Shown here piece after piece: positions 57,247 to 64,000 of a stretch of DNA of 64,000 nucleotides. Under the pieces are notes generated by a model. That model saw only the letters and a list, made by a program, of their open reading frames with translations. It ran no database searches and had not been told where the DNA came from. This DNA is from Salpingoeca rosetta. Lineage: Eukaryota; Protista; Choanoflagellata. Location: positions 656,170 through 720,169 of the forward strand of contig JAWQFM010000026.1 of assembly GCA_033442325.1 (NCBI GenBank). Reading direction: 5' to 3'. The position numbers and the translations under genes are program-made. The first letter of the stretch is position 1. The number at the start of each line of letters is the position of its first letter.

Positions 57247-58260
57247 ACACACCTGTATGTACCGCCGCTCACATGTCACCGCCACCACCACCATCGCCAC
57301 CACCACCACGATGATGGCCACGGTTTACTTCGGCCCTCAGGTGCAGCGGACTTTGCGGCGGCGGCGGGCGACAATCCAGCCGTACGAGCCGTATCAGATC
57401 TTCACCGACGACACCCCAATGTCCGTCCTCGAACCAATGCCAGGTACAACTGCACCGCGGTGGCGATGGTGGCGATGGTGACGGCGATCGTGGTGGTGTC
57501 TGTGGCAGCTGGGGTGGTTGTTGAGGGACTTGCATTGCGGGAAGTGAGAATCTATCGAACGCTTGTGCACGTGCTTGTCGACCGTCGACAACGCTGACAT
57601 TGTGTTTCATGGTGCAATTGGACTGCGGTGTACAGACAAAGTGACTGACAAGGCGTCCGATGCGGAGTACATCAAGCAGCGTGCAGATAACAAGGTGCCA
57701 CTGACTCACATACACCTGCACGCAAAGACATGCACATGAGTGCACGCAACGCTCATGACCGCACACGAATGCGCGCATACACACATCACGATACCCCTCA
57801 CACCACCCCTCTCTACACCTGCCCTCTCACACCACCACCGCCACCACCACCACCACCACCACCACCACGACTCATGACCACAATTCCGTCATCGCGCCAG
57901 GATCCCATCCGGGTTGTGCTGGCCGGCGCCGGGGACCCGCGGCACATCTTCGCCACGCTGTCGCACTTTGACATGCTGCTGTCCAAGGTGTGCGACATGC
58001 AAGTGGCGGGCGACACGGCCTTGGAGCTGATTGTCTGCGACCAGAACCCGGCAGTCATCGCCCGCACCATGCTCATCTTCGACAGCATCCTCGCATTCTG
58101 CAAGCGCCTCGTCATGAAGAGTGAGTGCATGTTGCGCGCATCTATTATATTGATGGTGGTGGTGATGGCGGTGGCGGCGGCGGCGCAATGGGTGTTGTGC
58201 ACGGGAGGAAAGTCACCGGTGCAGATGGTTTTGCGTTGTCTTGAAACACACGCATTGGCC

Positions 58261-58319
<59 letters not shown>

Positions 58320-59099
58320 TGCATGCGTGCGTCGGCTTTGCTCTTGTTTCCCTTTTCTCTTGTCCTCACACATACACCCCATGCCCTCACGATCCCCTGT
58401 GCTGCAGACGAGCTGTCCCTGGCGCGGAACGAGACGACGGCGTGCATGTCGAGCGAGACGCTTGTGGAGGCCACCTATCTGTCCCACCTCTTTTTTGGGT
58501 ACAAGCTGCCCAAGAAGTTTGCCTGCAGCTTGAGCGAGAGCCTGAAGACTGCCGTGTCGCGCAACCGCACGCGCACCGACCTCCTCTCATGGGTCGACAT
58601 TCAACCAAAGTGCTGGAAGAAGGTCCAGGTGTGTATTCGCATGCGTTACGCACGTGCGCGTGCATTACGTGTATGTGCCTTGCGTGGTTGTTCATATGTG
58701 CATGCCCCTGTCTTCCATTCTCGCTCGAGCACCCGCACGTTCTCACCTTCCTTCTGCCACCACCACGACTAGCGTGTGATGAACACGTGGGCACTGCGGG
58801 ACCGGTTCCCCGAGGAGGTGCTGGACCGGCAGATTGGCGACGTCCTCGACCGCCGCAAGCTCGGCCACCCGCTCAAGAACCAGGAGATGCACATGCGCAA
58901 ACGCAAAGGTGTGTGACGTTGTCGTGTGACGATGGTCGTGTGAACGAGCGATGTTTGGGGGGGGGGGAGGTTTGCTTCCGTACGGGCGGGTTGAACAGCT
59001 TGTTGCCAACAATCTTACGTGGCCATTCGTTAACCGTACTTGTTTACAAACTCGACCCGCGCGCCCACACACACACATTCATACACACACACTCTCTCT

Positions 59100-59159
<60 letters not shown>

Positions 59160-59716
59160 CTCTCACTCACGCACACACACATACACACATTCATACGCAT
59201 ACGCGCTCGTGCCGCCAGCTGTGATGGACGAGCTGCGTGAGATTTCGGAGGCGGACGAGTGGCTGCGCTTATTCTTCAGCCGCCACAAACAGAAGGGCGT
59301 CGTGCCAGAGGTGCGCGCGTGTGTATGTGTGTATGTGTGTATGTGTGTGCGTGCTTGTGCGTACTTGTGTGTGTGTGCTTGTGTGTGCTTGTGCGTACTT
59401 GTGTATGTGTGTGTGTGCGTGGCGTATGTGTCTGTGCGTCGGCGTGTGATATGCGGCCGTGATATGTACCACCGATGCATATTTTGTTCCCGCTTGCTCT
59501 TTCACGTGCAGCTCATGACGGTTTCGCCATTGTCCTCCCTGCCATTTGTTTCAGGGGATGGATCCGACGACGTACATTGAGCACCTCATGTCGCGGGTAA
59601 GTGCTCGCATCATTTCGGGGAAGGGGGTAGGTGGTGGATGGCTGTGTTGAAGCGGTTGATGCCTGCCTCCTCTCCATTGTCTTGTGTAAACCCTTGTCTG
59701 GAGTATGCAAGCACAG

Positions 59717-59761
<45 letters not shown>

Positions 59762-60393
59762 GACAGACACACACACACGTAACCACCACTGACCATGCTG
59801 ATTTGCCTCTGTGTGCTAGATGGAGGACCGGACAGAGGTGATTGAGCCGCTGTGCTGGCCGCTGCGACACACGTACGACGACAAGGAGCAGTTTGATCGC
59901 AGCAAGAAGCTGTCCATCCCCAACAGCATCCGCGACCAAGTCTTCTCCGGCGGAGGTGGGGCCACGCATGGATGGAAGGATGATGTGGTGGTGGTGATGG
60001 TGATGATGATTGTATACCGCTGCTCCTTTCTGTGGTGCTGCTTGTAATGGTGGGGGTGGCCCCTTGAACACACAAGGGCGTGAGGCGTGACTTGATGCCA
60101 GACATAGCTGGAATTGTGCACAAAGCTGTGTCCTTCTTGCTTCCCTCGCTTGCTATTTACTGCACTGCCTGTACCGGCCGCATTGCCTGCACATTGACTG
60201 CGCCGACCTTTACCACCACTCACTCATGTCGCCCGTCCCCACAGATGCGTACGATGTGAACCCTACGATGATGGATCCCATGAACGCTTCCCTTGGTGAG
60301 CGCCCATTCTGCATTGCACACATGTACCCCTGTTACGTGCTATCCTCGCATTTTGCCCACTTCCCTCTTCTACTCCAACATCCTTGCTCGTCA

Positions 60394-60438
<45 letters not shown>

Positions 60439-60450
60439 ACACACACACAC

Positions 60451-60484
<34 letters not shown>

Positions 60485-63079
60485 CAAACAAACAAACAAA
60501 CACACACACACACACGCACGCATGCACGCACACGCACACGCACAATTCATTGCTCTTCCTCCACAACTCAACCATCCGAATCACCCTTCCCTCTCCTCTC
60601 TCCTTCTGCCTTGACCCTACCCTCCCTCTGCACGTGTATCCCAGCGCTGCTTGGCGGGTACAAGAGTCCCTGGCGCGTTGCGGAGCAGCTGACGACGGTT
60701 GATCCTCTCAAGTACGACTACTATGAGAGCTGCATGAGTGCAACGGGGCCCCTCCTTAACCACATTGGCGCCGGCGGCCACCCGGTCACGCTGTGCGAGG
60801 ACCTGTATCACTTTTGGCGGTTTCTCTCCGTGCGTACGCAGCGCTGCCTGGCCACCAAGCGCGTGCAGCTCAAGTTTGTTGTGGATGACCCCGTGACGCA
60901 CTTTCGCAACCCGGTGTCCAACGACCCGCACAAGGTGCAGCGCATTGACCGCGTGGTGATGTCGAGTGTGCTCTCCTCGTCAGACTACCTGGAGATTCTC
61001 AGCACGTTTGAGCCGCTTGTGCGCAACAGCGCGCTTGGCGGGGTGTTCTGCGTGGCGGACCTCAACAGCGTGGCCTTCTTCAGCAGCGTGCGGCAGATGC
61101 TGCAGGGGTTTCTGTGCGTGGACGACAACCACCTCGATGTTGTGTTGCAGAAGCTGTTCAATGTGCGCCTCGTCACGACGCAGGTGCAGGCGCCGCACGT
61201 GTTCATCCCCACTGACCGCCGGCGCCAGTGGAACCAGCTGAGCGACTGGCCCGACGCCATCAAGGAGACGCTGCGTGTGTTTGACCGCACGGGGGCGAGT
61301 GCCGGGCGCAATGCTGTCACATCTGCACTGGCCGCAGACAGCCGCAAGGCAAAGCAGCAGCAGCAGCAGCAGCAGCAGAAGGATAAGGGGCAGGGCGTCA
61401 AGGACAAGAGTGGTGGCGCAAAGGCAAAGGGAAACAGTGACGGCGGTGGTGGTGGTAGTGGTGATGAGAGCGGTAAAGGGAAGGACAAGGTGAAGGAGAA
61501 CGGGGTGGCTTCCAACGGAAATAAGAAGAAGGCTGGTGGGAATGGGGGTGCAGATGGCAGCAGCGAAAATGGTAGCGGTGGTGGTGATGGGAGTGGTGGT
61601 GCAAAGTCAAAGAAGAAGGGAAAGAAGGGGAAGCAAAACGGGGCATCTACAGGGGTGACTGGTGATGACGGTGCTGGTGTTGCTGGTGGTGATGTCGATG
61701 ATCCTCGTGTGAATGAAAAGGGGAAGAAGAAGGCGAAGAAGCAGTCAGATGGCGCAAAGAAGGACAGCGCCACCACCGCCCCATCAACATCATCATCATC
61801 AGCATCAGCATCATCATCAGCGCCCACCACTGCAGACATGTCGACGCCGCCGCTGCCGGCTGCGTTTGACCAAGCGAGTGCAGCAGAGCTGGCGGAGACG
61901 GTTGGCAAAGCTGTGGAGGCGCTGCGGCTTCCCGGCGTGCATCCATTCTTCTCCCAGCAGACCACCACCAACTTCCTGCTGCACATTCTCCTCAACTGCA
62001 CGGCGCCGTCCTCTTTTATCCTGTCGTGCAACCTGGCGAGCTGGTTCCACTTTGTTGCCAAGCTGTGCGTGGAGGGCACGGTGTCGCGGCACTGGGTTGC
62101 CACGCTCATTGACAACATTGTGACATACCCGCACGTGATCAACACGACTGCGCTGCCCTTCAACGGCAGCACGCTCGGCGTTGGCCCCACCAACAAGCTC
62201 TCGCTGCGCCCAATTGTGACCGAGTTCCGCGCGCTGCTGCTGCTGTGGCTGGGCAAGGTGCCGTGCGTGTCTGTGCTGCCATCTGTCTCCTCTGAGCGGC
62301 TGGTGCGCGTGTTTGTGCGCTTCGATGACCTGGGCAACCTCTCTGTTGAAGACCACCGCGCTGCGCTCGCCCTTGTCATCTGCAAGGGCGCAAAGGCGGA
62401 CACTGCCGAGGACCTGTCGGAGAAGATCAAGGCAGCGGTTGTGGATGCGTTTGAGGACGTGCACGCGGAGGAGGTGCCGCTGCCACCGGGCGCGGACGGC
62501 GCTGCGGACACGAAGGGAGGCAAGGGCGATGGCAGACAGGAGGAGGGCGGTGCTGGTAAAGGCGACAGTAGTGGCGGCAGCACGAAGACAACGTCAACAA
62601 AGACCACCACGAGCAAGGACGGGGCCACGAAGAAAACCACCACGACGACAACGACAACGACGACGACAACAACCACCTCGAAGGGCGGTGCTGGTGTTGG
62701 CCCAGCAACGGCGGCATCAGCAGCGCAGTCGTGGGCGCTCAACCGTGCGAGGGGCTTCCCTGTCAGTTTGCAGGAGTACAGCAACATGTGGGGTGGCGAC
62801 TGGGTGCGTGGTACGCTGCAATCGCAAACGGTTGCTCTGCCCGTTGGTGCGAGCGACACGCCCATCCACCTGTTCTCGTGTTTGACGTACTGGGACCACG
62901 TGGTGAGCTGTCTCATGACCTTCAGTGCGTATCGTGACTTTGCGGGCAACGATGCGTATGAGCTTTGTCTGGCGCGTGCGGATGATCTGATGGTGTTGGG
63001 TCGTGGCGGCACGTTTGAGGACCGCAACTCTCGCATGCCATATCTGGACGAAGACCCGCTCCTGACGCCGCACCACTAG
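55711..63079 (+). CDS. TPR + DUF4470-like domain protein; many exons
   Basis: TPR: '[59 protein letters not shown]'. DUF4470-like: '[18 protein letters not shown]...[18 protein letters not shown]', later 'VNPTMMD' and '[16 protein letters not shown]'. Large terminal exon about 60644-63079 with Lys/Gly-rich insertions. Confidence 0.7.
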
Positions 63080-63106
63080 TTCACGCTGCCGGGGTTGCTT
63101 TGGGAA

Positions 63107-63188
<82 letters not shown>

Positions 63189-63688
63189 TGACCTCGCAGT
63201 GATTGTGGTGGCCGTGGCAGTGGTGTTCGTGCCTGTGTTTCATCTCTCCTTTGTCCCTTCTTGTGTTGTTTCTCAAGCTTTGTGGGTATGTACGGACCGT
63301 TTCTTATCATGTGTGCGTGTGTACGTCACCTGTCCCAAACAGTAGACGATGCTGCTCTCTTTCCGTTGCCACACACTCGCTGGGTTGGAGCGTATATGCG
63401 GTTGGGTTGGTCAAATGTACACGGTGGTGGATGTTGAGGAGGGGAGGAAGAGAGAGAGAGAGCGAGCGATAGAACGGGAGACGGATGAGAGAGAGAGAGG
63501 GGGGGGGGGAGAAGGGCAGACAGACACAGAGACACATAATGACACACACACACACAGACACACACTACGCACACACACACACACACACTACACACACACA
63601 CACCACGCACACACACACACACACACTACACACACACACACACTACACACACACACACACACACACACACTACGCACACACACACACT

Positions 63689-63735
<47 letters not shown>

Positions 63736-63738
<3 letters not shown>

Positions 63739-64000
63739 CACGTTAACAACAGATACGGTTCTGGTGGGGAGGTGAACGTCTTTGGGGCCGGACGGCAACC
63801 TGACAAACACTTCCCCTTGCACTGTCACGGCGGCATATGCCTTGTCTGCAAGCCACGTAATGCCTGATATGTTGCCGTCGAACGGGCCTTCTGTTGGCGT
63901 CGTTGGTGACAGGGACGCCGGGTCAAGTGCAAAGGCATACTTCTTCTCGCACCCGGCCAGCACGGTGCTGTCGAGGGGCGAGATGGCAAGTGCTGTGATG
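63736..64000 (-). CDS. 3' end of a gene running off the window; WD40/beta-propeller-like sequence
   Basis: Open frame from the window edge: 'ITALAISPLDSTVLAGCEKKYAFALD...GNISGITWLADKAYAAVTVQGEVFV', stop at 63736. Confidence 0.55.

Overview
Eukaryotic, intron-rich, GC-rich genomic DNA saturated with (CA)n/(TG)n microsatellites and carrying three assembly gaps. Gene content (FN3 receptor tyrosine kinase, TIR domain, flagellar DLEC1, fungal-type Ap4A phosphorylase) and the microsatellite style point to a choanoflagellate, probably Salpingoeca rosetta (inference, not verified). I can support 13 genes plus one partial, in order: DDAH(-), Kir-family channel(+), a ~2150-aa type II membrane LRR/L-domain-repeat protein(-), an RI-like LRR protein(-), Ap4A phosphorylase(+), TIP41/TIPRL(+), FN3 receptor tyrosine pseudokinase(+), class-2 DYRK(+), DLEC1/CFAP81(+), SAR1(-), an intronless Rab1-PH-kinase-TIR fusion(+), CCDC43(-), a TPR-DUF4470 protein(+) and a WD40-like 3' end(-). 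The standout is the single-exon 916-aa Rab1-PH-kinase-TIR protein (50446-53196): the Rab domain has remodelled switch motifs and no prenylation site, and the TIR keeps the NADase-type glutamate, which suggests an 'integrated decoy' immune sensor. Also notable: a Kir channel with no TxGYG filter, an RTK with DFG changed to AFA, an inverted-topology giant LRR receptor with a partial SH2-like cytoplasmic segment, and a 5'-(TG)n / 3'-(CA)n polarity in introns. All family assignments come from motif recognition by eye; no database searches were run, and exon boundaries are manual.
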